Below the pieces are notes generated by a model. It had not been told where the DNA came from. It worked only from the letters and a program-made list of their open reading frames with translations, and did not search any database. The translations under genes were made by a program, and so were the position numbers. From the NCBI GenBank assembly GCA_039889305.1, contig JAVVFV010000001.1, positions 55,980 to 119,979 on the forward strand: DNA of 64,000 nucleotides. The letters run 5' to 3'. The first letter of the stretch is position 1. Every line of letters begins with the position of its first letter. The stretch is from Candidatus Zestomicrobium tamdykulense. Lineage in GTDB: Archaea; Thermoproteota; Thermoprotei_A; Sulfolobales; NBVN01. Of this stretch, positions 47,255 through 56,247 are shown piece after piece.

Positions 47255-47797
47255 TTACTCCTTCTCCTCCTTCCTCAGAACCATTACGTCACCTATTGTG
47301 AGGCCTGTACTGCCCTTACTTAAGGTTTTCGTAGTACTGACACTTGTGTCAACTACTGGTTCTAGTAACTGTATTTTGAGTACGTTCTCTAGCTTACGTG
47401 CTAGTTCTATTGAGGGGACTAGGCGTCCGGCCTCTATCCTCTTAATAACGTTCTCGCTCTCCTTAACAGCATTAGCAAGTACTTTCTGCGTCCACCCTAA
47501 CTTCTCCCTAGCTTTCTTCACTCTCTCGTGGTAATCTGGAACTACCTCGTACTCGTCTACTACCTTACTAATCTTCTGGGGTGTTTTGCTCGTTGCTTGA
47601 GTGGTTGGTGCGGGCTTACTTGAATGTGTTGGTTTTTGTGTGATTTCTCTTAGCTCAACACTTACAGCCTTCTTAGAGACTTTAGTGTAGCAAGAAAAAC
47701 ACAGAACTAGTCTACTCCCCTCCACGTAAACTACCCTAGCTTCTCTCTTCTTTATGGGTTTGCCACACATCTCGCAGTACGTTAGGTCGCTACTCAT
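47255..47797 (-). CDS. mbf1: archaeal MBF1 (zinc ribbon plus XRE-type HTH)
   Basis: CEMCGKPI...CFSC zinc ribbon. C-terminal HTH LGWTQKVLANAVKESENVIKRIEAG. Confidence 0.85.
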   Translation of the reverse strand: MSSDLTYCEMCGKPIKKREARVVYVEGSRLVLCFSCYTKVSKKAVSVELREITQKPTHSSKPAPTTQATSKTPQKISKVVDEYEVVPDYHERVKKAREKLGWTQKVLANAVKESENVIKRIEAGRLVPSIELARKLENVLKIQLLEPVVDTSVSTTKTLSKGSTGLTIGDVMVLRKEEKE

Positions 47798-47859
47798 TTG
47801 CTCAACCCTCTACATAATCTGTTAAGCATGTTATTAAGTTCTTGCGTTGACTCTAGTGC

Positions 47860-48819
47860 TCACGTGGACAGGCATTCCTTAGATAGCGGGCACACAACGC
47901 ATTTCTTGCTGATGCAGTAAGTCTTGTTGTGTAGGAAGGCCATGGTTTGGAACCATCCATTCATAGGTCCTAACTCATTCTTCAGGAATGCTTCAATGCA
48001 TGTGTTGTTCTTCAGGCATGAATCACAGGAGTGCTTGAGGCAGTACTCCTTGACTGGTAGTCTTAGTTTGCTGATTGTTTTCCTTAAATTCCTTAGTCTG
48101 CTGAGGAGGCTTAATAGGTTGGTATCTATTGGGGCGTACCTGGAATCTAGTTTTATGAAGAGTATGTAAGCGTACAGAGTCTTAGGACCCACGCCAGAAC
48201 ATCTTAGAAGAACTCGTGAGTTTTCTGACGATCCTCTTAAGTAGTCTTTCAACCTTAAGTAACAGTCCAGAATCCTTGGTAACTCACGCACCTGATAACT
48301 ACTACTGATTTCAGCTGTTAGGAACTCCGGCTCAGCGTTAATTAGTGAGTCGATGGAGGGGAAAACCTTAAGGAGTTTCTTAACCCAGCCTACAGTGTTT
48401 CTGTGGTAGTCTGTGTTACGTGAGAGTATTATTGTGGTGAAGAGTTCTAGCTCGTCCAGTGGTGATGTAGGGATTCCTAAGTCACCATATAATGTCAGCA
48501 ACCTCTCCACCACATTCCTGAACCCCTCAGACACGCTACTCAAGTAATTTCTTGCGTCAAACCACGAACCACTTAAGTACTGCGAGTACTGAAGACACTC
48601 ACTCAAATCACTTAAAGCATAAAGCTTATTATCCTTAATAACTAATTTAGTCCCTCTACAATAACCATACTCCTTAACTACCTCAAAACCATCACCAGAT
48701 ATCGAGACTAGCGGTAAAAGAAAAGAAGGGTAGAAAAGCTTAAAGAAATCAATCCTCTCACGACCTTCAACAAACCTAAGAAAAGACTTAATCATAAGAA
48801 AACCCACAACAACTATCAC
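47860..48819 (-). CDS. HhH-GPD superfamily DNA glycosylase (EndoIII/Nth-like) with duplicated Cys motif
   Basis: TTIILSRNTDYHRNT, HhH LLRCSGVGPKTLYAYILF, and catalytic Asp context APIDTNLLSLLSRL. The C-terminus has two copies of Y-C-x4-C-x2-C-x5-C. Confidence 0.6.
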   Translation of the reverse strand: MIVVVGFLMIKSFLRFVEGRERIDFFKLFYPSFLLPLVSISGDGFEVVKEYGYCRGTKLVIKDNKLYALSDLSECLQYSQYLSGSWFDARNYLSSVSEGFRNVVERLLTLYGDLGIPTSPLDELELFTTIILSRNTDYHRNTVGWVKKLLKVFPSIDSLINAEPEFLTAEISSSYQVRELPRILDCYLRLKDYLRGSSENSRVLLRCSGVGPKTLYAYILFIKLDSRYAPIDTNLLSLLSRLRNLRKTISKLRLPVKEYCLKHSCDSCLKNNTCIEAFLKNELGPMNGWFQTMAFLHNKTYCISKKCVVCPLSKECLST

Positions 48820-48904
48820 GTCCTAATAAACTAATAGACCCACAACTCATTACGGAGGTCCTCACAACAATAACTAAACAATAATTAATAAACCTCACAT
48901 AAGG

Positions 48905-48979
48905 TGGGCCCGCGGGGACTCGAACCCCGGACCTCCGCCGCGTCAGGGCGGCGTCCTAACCAGGCTAGACGACGGGCCC
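48905..48979 (-). tRNA. tRNA-Val (GAC), intronless
   Basis: Minus-strand read: GGGCCCG-TC-GTCTAGCCTGGTTAGGAC-G-CCGCC-CTGACGC-GGCGG-AGGTC-CGGGG-TTCGAGT-CCCCG-CGGGCCC-A. CCA is not fully encoded. Confidence 0.9.
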
Positions 48980-49133
48980 CTAACCACAAAAAACACAAAA
49001 CAAACCTAATAAATCTTTCGTGCCTCACACTTATTTCACCTGACGCTAGTTCATTTAATTAATTCTTCACTTTTTTGTGGTTGTGTTTTTAATTTGGTTC
49101 TAATTTATTATATATGGGTTTGAGTGTCTTTGG

Positions 49134-49892
49134 GTGGTATATATGTTTAGTGTTAGGTATTCAGAGGGTCTTCTTTTTAGGAAGTATGTGTTGAGTTCTA
49201 CTAAGCCTCTTAGTGATGTACCGTTACGAGTTTCTGAGGATGGTTTCCTTATAAGGGGTTTAAGTCCTGATAAGAGTGTTTTGGTTGAGTTGAGTATTCC
49301 TGGAAGTTCTTTTACAGAGTTTAGCGTAAGTGGAGTTAATGATTTGACTTTAGAGAGAGATGAGATTAGTAAGGTTCTTAAGAAGGTTGGTAAGAATGAC
49401 TCTATACAGCTGAATTATGATGAGGGGAGCGGTAGTGTTAGGGCTAAGCTAGTGAATAGTAAGTCAGGGGTTGAGAGGAGTTATGAGATAAGAGTTGCGG
49501 CATTAGAAGGTCCTGTAGATCCTATACAGATAGAGTTGCCTGTGGTGATTAGAGTTGAGACATCAATACTTCAAAGAATAATAAAGGAGGCTAAACTGAT
49601 TGGTGAGGAACTAACTATAAGGTGCTTTAAGGACGTAGTAGAGTTTACTTCCTTAAGTGAGGGTAGGGAGTACCGGACATCTCTTGAGAGAGGCAAACAC
49701 CTACTTGAACTAACCTCAAACGTATCGGGAGCTGTATCAAGCACCTACGACATAGACCTACTAAAAACCATAATACCTATCCTAACAATATTTGACGTAG
49801 CAACCCTAGAATTAGGGCCATCACTACCACTAAAAATAAGCTTAACAGGCGAGGACGGTGTAAGCATAACTTCCTGGATAGCTCCCAGATAA
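49134..49892 (+). CDS. pcn: DNA polymerase sliding clamp (PCNA subunit)
   Basis: About 250 aa with two-domain PCNA-like periodicity (FRKYVLSSTKPLSDVPLRVSEDGFLIRGLSPDKSVLVELSIP...). The start is more likely the ATG at 49143. Confidence 0.8.
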   Translation: MVYMFSVRYSEGLLFRKYVLSSTKPLSDVPLRVSEDGFLIRGLSPDKSVLVELSIPGSSFTEFSVSGVNDLTLERDEISKVLKKVGKNDSIQLNYDEGSGSVRAKLVNSKSGVERSYEIRVAALEGPVDPIQIELPVVIRVETSILQRIIKEAKLIGEELTIRCFKDVVEFTSLSEGREYRTSLERGKHLLELTSNVSGAVSSTYDIDLLKTIIPILTIFDVATLELGPSLPLKISLTGEDGVSITSWIAPR

Positions 49893-49966
49893 GACTTTGG
49901 GTATCTCGTTTATTTGAGTATCAACTTCTCCCTTAAGCTCTATTACGGGCTTAGTTAGGGCGATCG

Positions 49967-50164
49967 TTACTCTCCTTTCTTAAGAGATGTGAGTCCAAGC
50001 TTCACAACCAACTCAGCAGCCTTTCTAACAGCTTCTTCAGGATTGTTTGCTGAGACGTTGAAGGTGATGTTAGTGTTGACTAACCTGATCCTATACCTCT
50101 TACCACCCTCAACCAAAACCTCCTCAATAATCTCTAGAGCTGGCTTACTCATGTAGAGCACCAA
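49967..50164 (-). CDS. small hypothetical protein downstream of the AOR2/ThiS-like pair
   Basis: 65-aa ORF on the same strand, 80 nt after the ThiS-like gene. No motif recognised. Confidence 0.3.
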   Translation of the reverse strand: MVLYMSKPALEIIEEVLVEGGKRYRIRLVNTNITFNVSANNPEEAVRKAAELVVKLGLTSLKKGE

Positions 50165-50244
50165 AACTCTTACTACACGGGAAATAATAAAACATGAGGA
50201 ACCAAGCCCTCACTAGTGTTTGCTACCTCCTTCATCATACCTGC

Positions 50245-50481
50245 CTAACCACCCTCTACTACCGGGATCAACAATATTTCGTCACCATTACTTACATTTT
50301 CTTCACTACTTAGTATCCTATCGTTTTTCACTAAAGCGTACTGACCTCGAAGATTTAGTGTATCTTTAAGTAATTCTAGAACATCCTTAACTACCGTAGT
50401 ACTTACTTCTACGGTCACTACGTTCTCGAAATCTGGGTATATCTTTACCTTAATTGTCGCCAAGCAACCTACCTCAATCAA
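50245..50481 (-). CDS. ThiS/MoaD-family ubiquitin-like protein (C-terminal GG)
   Basis: 78 aa ending NGDEILLIPVVEGG. Its start overlaps the AOR2 stop by 8 nt. Confidence 0.7.
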   Translation of the reverse strand: MIEVGCLATIKVKIYPDFENVVTVEVSTTVVKDVLELLKDTLNLRGQYALVKNDRILSSEENVSNGDEILLIPVVEGG

Positions 50482-52330
50482 GCACTACATCTAATCCTAG
50501 CTTAACTATCTTATCCCTACTTGGGTAACCGTTCCGTGGATCTAAGCTTCTGTAGCGGTAGAAGAGTTCTAGTAGCTGGTTTATTGGGCAAGTAACTCCT
50601 TTAATAGGTCCTTCATCAAGAGGTTCTTCTACGAATCTCTTAGGTAGTGTGTCTTCCTCTACTTTAAGACCTAGCTTCAGGTTTAGGAGTCTCTCAAGGT
50701 ACCATATCTTCTCACCAGTCACTAGTATGTCTTCTTTAGTTGTTTTGATGCCTGTTATAGCTGTGTATTCTTCCGCTATCTTATTGAAGTCCACAATACC
50801 GAAAACACCGAACTTACATAGACCTGCTGAGTCTAGGAAAGCACACAGATTCTGATGAATCACGGTAACCCTTACTTTAGACTCAACATCTCTAGGTATT
50901 TCAGCAACCCCGTACTCAGGTAGTAGTAACCCTCTCTCAACCAACATAGTCATGCCTTGAAGATGGCTTGCACCAATATTTGATGTAGCATAAGCTAACC
51001 CTATAGTATGGAATCTTCTTGGGTGGTGAGCAGGTAACTCAAGACCCTTAACATGTATGGCGAACTCCTCAGTTTCTGGACCTATCTTCTTTGAGGCTCT
51101 CTTTACACCCTCAGCTAGCACATCTCCAAAGCCCTTCCTATACGCAATCATTTCTAGTAACTTAAGAACCGCTGCTCCATCACCCCACCTAAGCTCGAAG
51201 CCCAAATCCTCAGCATCAATAAATTCTTTCTCATATGCTTCCATAACCCAAGCTATGACTCCTCCGGCAGATATTGTATCTAACCCGAGCCTATCACACA
51301 GCCTGTTTATTGCTACGAGAGTTTCGCCATCACTTATCATTAAGTTGGTTCCTGTGAGTGCCAGAGTCTCGAACTCGGGACACTTCTCCCACTCATCCCA
51401 TCCAGCCTTACCTACTTGAAGTTCCTTATGGCACTGAATAGAGCAAGCTACCTCACTACCGCAAGCAACACTCCTCGACTTATAAACTTTCTGTAGTGTC
51501 TGTCCTGTTATGTTGTCTGTCTTATCGAAAACTCCTTTAGTCCAGTTCTTTATCGGTACGTTACCGTCCAGAGCATAGCTAATCAACCCTCCCGAAGTTC
51601 CGTATGATCTCAGCCCAATCCCTCTAGGAGAATTCAGGGGTGCTGCTAAGTGCTCCCTCATCAAGTTAATTAGCTTGACTCTATCGTAGACATGAACCCT
51701 CCTGGTACCGTAGGCAACTATGGCTTTCAGTTTCTTCGAACCCATAACCGCTCCTACGCCAGTCCTCCCAGCAGCTCTCCTCTCATCAGTTACCACAGCA
51801 GCTATCCTAACTAGGTTTTCTCCAGCAGGACCTATCGCAGCTACCTTAACCTTCTGATTATTTAACTCATTCTTAATTATCTTAGACGTCTCCAGAACGT
51901 CTTTACCCCACAAGTTTGAGGCGTCCCTAATCTCGGCTTGTCCCTCAATTAAAGCTAAATACACTGGTTTTTCTGAAGCCCCCCTCAAGACTAACCCATC
52001 AAACCCAGCTCTCTTAAGCATAGCACCGAAAGAACCACCAACCATAGACTTACCTAAATATCCTGTAAGAGGAGATTTAGTAACGAAGGCTGTCTTAGGA
52101 CTTATAGGAAATGTATCAACGAAAGGTCCTGTCATCACTACAAGAACATTATCTGGTGATAAAGGCTCAGTCTCCTTACTCACTAAGTCGTAGAGAAGTC
52201 TGGTAGCGTAGCCAGCACCCCCAACATAGAGCCTACACCAATCTTTCCTTAACTCAATAATTCTTATCTCCTCTCTAGTTAGGTCTACGTCTACCAACCT
52301 CCCGTTAAAACCGAAGATCATTAAGAACAC
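50474..52330 (-). CDS. aldehyde:ferredoxin oxidoreductase family tungstoenzyme (AOR paralog 2)
   Basis: RLVDVDLT, GPAGENLVRIA, AGRTGVGAVMGSKKLKAIV, ELPAHHPRR, ATSNIGASH, DSAGLCKF, LPKRF. The Fe-S motif reads C-x5-C-x3-C (ACGSEVACSIQC) instead of C-x2-C-x3-C. Confidence 0.85.
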   Translation of the reverse strand: MFLMIFGFNGRLVDVDLTREEIRIIELRKDWCRLYVGGAGYATRLLYDLVSKETEPLSPDNVLVVMTGPFVDTFPISPKTAFVTKSPLTGYLGKSMVGGSFGAMLKRAGFDGLVLRGASEKPVYLALIEGQAEIRDASNLWGKDVLETSKIIKNELNNQKVKVAAIGPAGENLVRIAAVVTDERRAAGRTGVGAVMGSKKLKAIVAYGTRRVHVYDRVKLINLMREHLAAPLNSPRGIGLRSYGTSGGLISYALDGNVPIKNWTKGVFDKTDNITGQTLQKVYKSRSVACGSEVACSIQCHKELQVGKAGWDEWEKCPEFETLALTGTNLMISDGETLVAINRLCDRLGLDTISAGGVIAWVMEAYEKEFIDAEDLGFELRWGDGAAVLKLLEMIAYRKGFGDVLAEGVKRASKKIGPETEEFAIHVKGLELPAHHPRRFHTIGLAYATSNIGASHLQGMTMLVERGLLLPEYGVAEIPRDVESKVRVTVIHQNLCAFLDSAGLCKFGVFGIVDFNKIAEEYTAITGIKTTKEDILVTGEKIWYLERLLNLKLGLKVEEDTLPKRFVEEPLDEGPIKGVTCPINQLLELFYRYRSLDPRNGYPSRDKIVKLGLDVVLD

Positions 52331-52546
52331 ACCTCACTCATCCTCTTAAGCTCGAGGATCTTAACCACTCATTGTTAGCTAGGTCTCGAGAATTACAGTG
52401 CGTATACGTAAGCACCCTGAAGAACGCAAAACCCATCATATTACGCCTCATAAGTGTAATTTATGAGAATCGTTTTTAAGTTTTTACAACCTATCTTTAA
52501 TCTCATTCCAATTACTGAGTATACGAAGCGAGTTAGGTGATGTGAT

Positions 52547-53455
52547 TTATTTCTGGGTTCTAAGGATGTTGAGGAATCTTGCAGAGATCTCTATAAGTAT
52601 TTTAGCAGCTAAGAACGAGGTAGTATTTCCTACGTCCACCAGGGGATTTACCTCCACTAAATCAAAACCAGCGATTTTCTCGTCTATCACGTCTGTTATT
52701 AAGTCAATCACTAACGTTGGTTGAAGACCTTCAGGTTCTGGTGTAGCTACGCCTGGCGCGTACGCAGGATCAATAACGTCCGTATCTAAGGATATGTATG
52801 TGTGGCTACACGTGCTTAAGAAATCTCTTACTTTATTGAGTGTTTCTCTTAAAGTCATTTTGTGGAGTTCGTACGAGTTAATCATTTTTAAACCAGCTTC
52901 TTTAGCTTCTCTTAACTCACCAACATCAACTGCTCTGAAGCCTAAAACCATCATATTCCTAGCTCCAATCAACTCACTTAATCTCCTAGTCACGCAAGCG
53001 TGACTATACTTAAAGCCTAGATAATCTGGTCTAAAGTCTAGGTGTGCGTCAAGGACTAAGACGCACGGTGTTTTTCTCAGTGTTTTAATGAGTCCCTCAA
53101 CGATCCCGTAAGTGATTATGTGATCACCTCCTATGAATCCAGCCTTCCTACTCTTGAATAATTCCTCAGCAACAACTGAAACGTTACGTAGCGTTGCTTC
53201 AGCACTGCCGTGTACTACCGCTATGTCTCCCTCATCTACTGGGGGGTTCTCTTCTAGCGATAGTCCGCTCCTGAATGAGTATGTTTCTAGGGAGTGGGAA
53301 GCGAGTCGTATATGCATGGGTGCGAATCTTGAACCACCCCTGAAACTATTGGTTGAGTCGAACGGAATACCTACTAGGCTAAGAGGATTTCTTCTTCTAT
53401 CTCCGTTAACACCTAGGAACACGTATGGGTTGTTAACCACGTATAGTTCAAGCAT
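52547..53455 (-). CDS. speB: agmatinase (arginase/ureohydrolase family)
   Basis: Mn-ligand motifs GGDH, LDAHLDF and SLDTDVIDPAYAPGV. Confidence 0.85.
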   Translation of the reverse strand: MLELYVVNNPYVFLGVNGDRRRNPLSLVGIPFDSTNSFRGGSRFAPMHIRLASHSLETYSFRSGLSLEENPPVDEGDIAVVHGSAEATLRNVSVVAEELFKSRKAGFIGGDHIITYGIVEGLIKTLRKTPCVLVLDAHLDFRPDYLGFKYSHACVTRRLSELIGARNMMVLGFRAVDVGELREAKEAGLKMINSYELHKMTLRETLNKVRDFLSTCSHTYISLDTDVIDPAYAPGVATPEPEGLQPTLVIDLITDVIDEKIAGFDLVEVNPLVDVGNTTSFLAAKILIEISARFLNILRTQK

Positions 53456-53526
53456 GTCACGTCACACTACTTAAATAGCGTTAAGATTTAATATAGTATT
53501 GTTCTTTCTATTTCTGTGGGTGTTGG

Positions 53527-55236
53527 GTGAGCATGAGCAGTAGTGACAGGTACGAGAAGATAGTTGATCTAGCAGCACGTAGAGGTTTTTTCTGGCCGTC
53601 TTATGAGATTTACGGTGGTTTGGCAGGATTCTATGATTTGGGTCCTTTAGGAGCTCTCTTGAAGGAAAACATAAAGAAGCTCTGGCTTGATTACTTTGTT
53701 CTTAAGCACCAAGACATGGTTGTTCTTATAGAGACCCCAGTGATAGCTCCTGAAGTAGTTTTTAGGGCTTCAGGACATTTAGAGAGTTTCACAGACCCTA
53801 TAGTCACCTGCAGTAAGTGCGGCAAGATTTACAGAGCTGATCATCTTTTGGAGGAAGTTTTAGGGATTAAGACTGAAGGCTCACGTCCTGAGGAACTAAC
53901 CTCGATTATTAAGGGTAGGGGGGTTAAGTGTCCTTCATGTGGTGGTGAGTTAGAAGATGTGAGGACTTTCAATCTATTATTCCAGACTAACGTAGGTCCT
54001 TACAGGCATGATGTAGCTTACTTAAGACCTGAAGCAGCTCAAGGAATGTTCATGTCTTTCAAGAGAGTCTTCACAGCCATGAGGTACTCACTCCCGCTAG
54101 GTATAGCTCAAGTAGGTAGGGTAGCGAGGAACGAGATATCGCCTAGGCAGGGAATGGTTAGGTTGAGAGAATTCACTATAATGGAGGTTGAGTTCTTTTT
54201 CGACCCGGAAGAACCTGGAGAACCCGATTTTAGTAGGTTTCCTGGGAAGCTAAAGATATTAACAGCTGATGCTAGGAGTAAGGGGTTAGATGAGGTTATT
54301 AAGGTGAAGCCTGAGGAAGCTGTTGATGAGGGCATAATAATGAATAAGTGGCTTGCTTACTGGATGTCAGTAGCTCAAGCCTTCGCTAGGGAGCTCGGGT
54401 TAAGTGATGATGAGATATTGTTTGAGGAGAAGCTTCCTGAGGAGAGAGCTCACTACTCTAAGCAAACGTTTGATCAACTAGTTTCTATATCTAGGTGGGG
54501 TTGGGTCGAGATATCTGGGCATGCGTACAGAACGGACTACGACCTCTCAAGACATATGAGGTTCTCAGGTGTGGATATGACTGTTTATAAGGAGCTCAAG
54601 AAGCCTGAAGAGATCATTACTAAGAAAGTAGTTATTAATCAGGAACTCCTGAATGAATTATTCGGAACTAACACACCAAAAATAATTCATGCACTAAAGA
54701 ACTTAAGGGTCGATGAAGTTGAGAAAATCCTTAAGGAAGGGGAAGCTATTATTGAGGGTTTCAGAATACCTTCAGGAGTGCTACGTATTGAGGAAGTCAA
54801 GGAGGTTGTGAGGGGCCGTAGGTTCATACCCCACGTAGTTGAGCCTTCTTTCGGTGCTGAAAGACTACTATTAGTAGTTCTAGATAAAGCTTATAGTGAG
54901 GAGGGTGGTAGGATAGTCCTTAAACTACCACCAAAACTCGCGCCATACAAACTAGCTGTCTTCCCCCTAATACCTAAAGAAGAACAAATAAAAACCCTCG
55001 CCAGGAAAATTTACAACGACGCTATCAAAGCAGGCCTCACAGCCATCTACGACGAAGACGGCAGCATAGGAAGAAGATATGCAAGAATAGACGAAATCGG
55101 AGTTCCTTACGCAGTCACAGTAGATTACCAATCAATCGAAGATAACACGGTAACCATAAGATTCAGAGACACGAAAGAACAAATAAGAATTAAATCAGAT
55201 GAAGTCATAAAATGGATCCTAACCACGCTATCCTAA
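53527..55236 (+). CDS. glyS: glycyl-tRNA synthetase (archaeal/eukaryal class II type)
   Basis: RRGFFWPSYEIYGG, LRPEAAQG, GRVARNEISPR, REFTIMEVEFF, EPSFGAERL, and a C-terminal anticodon-binding domain. Confidence 0.95.
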   Translation: MSMSSSDRYEKIVDLAARRGFFWPSYEIYGGLAGFYDLGPLGALLKENIKKLWLDYFVLKHQDMVVLIETPVIAPEVVFRASGHLESFTDPIVTCSKCGKIYRADHLLEEVLGIKTEGSRPEELTSIIKGRGVKCPSCGGELEDVRTFNLLFQTNVGPYRHDVAYLRPEAAQGMFMSFKRVFTAMRYSLPLGIAQVGRVARNEISPRQGMVRLREFTIMEVEFFFDPEEPGEPDFSRFPGKLKILTADARSKGLDEVIKVKPEEAVDEGIIMNKWLAYWMSVAQAFARELGLSDDEILFEEKLPEERAHYSKQTFDQLVSISRWGWVEISGHAYRTDYDLSRHMRFSGVDMTVYKELKKPEEIITKKVVINQELLNELFGTNTPKIIHALKNLRVDEVEKILKEGEAIIEGFRIPSGVLRIEEVKEVVRGRRFIPHVVEPSFGAERLLLVVLDKAYSEEGGRIVLKLPPKLAPYKLAVFPLIPKEEQIKTLARKIYNDAIKAGLTAIYDEDGSIGRRYARIDEIGVPYAVTVDYQSIEDNTVTIRFRDTKEQIRIKSDEVIKWILTTLS

Positions 55237-55420
55237 CACAATCCATCCCTACTAACCTCTCACAATAACCTCAAACACGTATCAAACAAGAATGGATTGA
55301 AAGACGCAAATCTCCGTCTAAACTTAGATTGATGATCTAGTCACTATTAGGGTGTTTTAGGTTTATTTGTGTGGTCTGTATTTATATGTGTTTGTTAGTT
55401 ATTAATTTCTGTGGTGGTGT

Positions 55421-55780
55421 GTGCTGAGTAGTGAAGGTAGTAGTCCTCAACCCTCTCAAAAGAGGGATATTAAGCAGTTAGTGGCTGTGGTGCCTCCGGC
55501 TAGTGAGGTGCTTGGGAGGGGTGTGAGGAGGGTTGCTGAGAGGAGGGTAAGGGTTAGGTTAAAAGAAGATGTTCCTGAGAGTGCGGTTTATGTTTCTAGT
55601 AAGTTAGCTAGTGAGTTAGGTGTTAAGGAGAAGATTCAGTTATCTGTTTCTGGTAGGAGGTTTGTGTTAAACGTTTTTGTTTCTGAGGATGTTCCTGAGA
55701 ATGAGGTCTGGGCTAATGAGGAATTCATGAGGAGGAATGGGATTTCCGATAATTCTATGACTACCGTGAGGTCTGCTTAA
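55421..55780 (+). CDS. stand-alone VAT-N/CDC48-N-like (double-psi/cradle-loop barrel) domain protein
   Basis: RVRVRLKEDVPESAVYVSSKLASELGVKEKIQLSVSGRRFVLNVFVSEDVPENEVWANEEFMRRNGISDNSMTTVRSA parallels the VAT-N pattern (RVRLDE...L...GD.V.I...V..V...ED...V.I....R.N.G.S.GD.V.VR) as remembered. Confidence 0.45.
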   Translation: MLSSEGSSPQPSQKRDIKQLVAVVPPASEVLGRGVRRVAERRVRVRLKEDVPESAVYVSSKLASELGVKEKIQLSVSGRRFVLNVFVSEDVPENEVWANEEFMRRNGISDNSMTTVRSA

Positions 55781-56193
55781 TGGAGGACTCAATCATATTT
55801 AGGAAGCTAGAAGATTACACATTAAAGAGAAATAAGGAGCTAGTTAAATTAAGGAGCTTAACAGAGGATTTTCTTAATGGTAGAACCTCATATGAAGTAG
55901 TAAAAAACTACATAATTAAGGTTAGTAAGACTAGGAGTAACTTGAAGAAGAGTATTGAGTTGTGTGAGTCTCCTAACATACGTAGGGAGTTCCTAGATCA
56001 TATGAAGACCCTGATTACCTTCGTAATAATGGTGTCCGTAAATGACGAGGAAGACATACTAACAGACCTCAGAACATACTTACTCAATAACGGTATGCGT
56101 GAGGAGGCTGACTTCATAGATAGTGAGTTAACGAAAATTAAAGACTTAAGTAATACGGCTTTGAGGGTCCTGAAGACGCTGCCTACTGCTTAA
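55780..56193 (+). CDS. hypothetical helical protein
   Basis: 137 aa. Its ATG overlaps the preceding TAA by 1 nt (TAATG), implying coupling. No motif recognised. Confidence 0.35.
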   Translation: MEDSIIFRKLEDYTLKRNKELVKLRSLTEDFLNGRTSYEVVKNYIIKVSKTRSNLKKSIELCESPNIRREFLDHMKTLITFVIMVSVNDEEDILTDLRTYLLNNGMREEADFIDSELTKIKDLSNTALRVLKTLPTA

Positions 56194-56247
56194 AGGTATT
56201 TATTCTGGTCTATTGAATTATTAAGTAGTGATGTAGCTGGTGGGAGC

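Noticed and set aside
48820-49133. Possible replication origin or integration site around tRNA-Val. The coding strand switches here, plus-strand composition changes from A/C-rich to G/T-rich, a 12-bp inverted repeat is present (AACCACAAAAAA at 48982-48993 and TTTTTTGTGGTT at 49071-49082), and the PCNA gene is adjacent.
   Set aside because: I found no ORB or mini-ORB-like repeats, no orc1/cdc6 or whiP gene, and no repeated tRNA 3'-half (att-like) sequence. The same composition flip occurs at every divergent promoter region in the window, with G/T-rich sense-strand leaders carrying GGTG Shine-Dalgarno-like tracts. The repeat is a single short A/T-dominated palindrome.
50165-50244. Second C/D box sRNA candidate on the minus strand (ATGATGA at 50231-50237 in reverse complement, followed by AGGAGGTAGCAA).
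   Set aside because: No CUGA D box occurs at the required distance (GTTT at that position) and no plausible D'. There is only a lone C-box-like heptamer. The similar partial hit at 17616-17662 also fails: its GATGAGG is not a C box and it has no C'.
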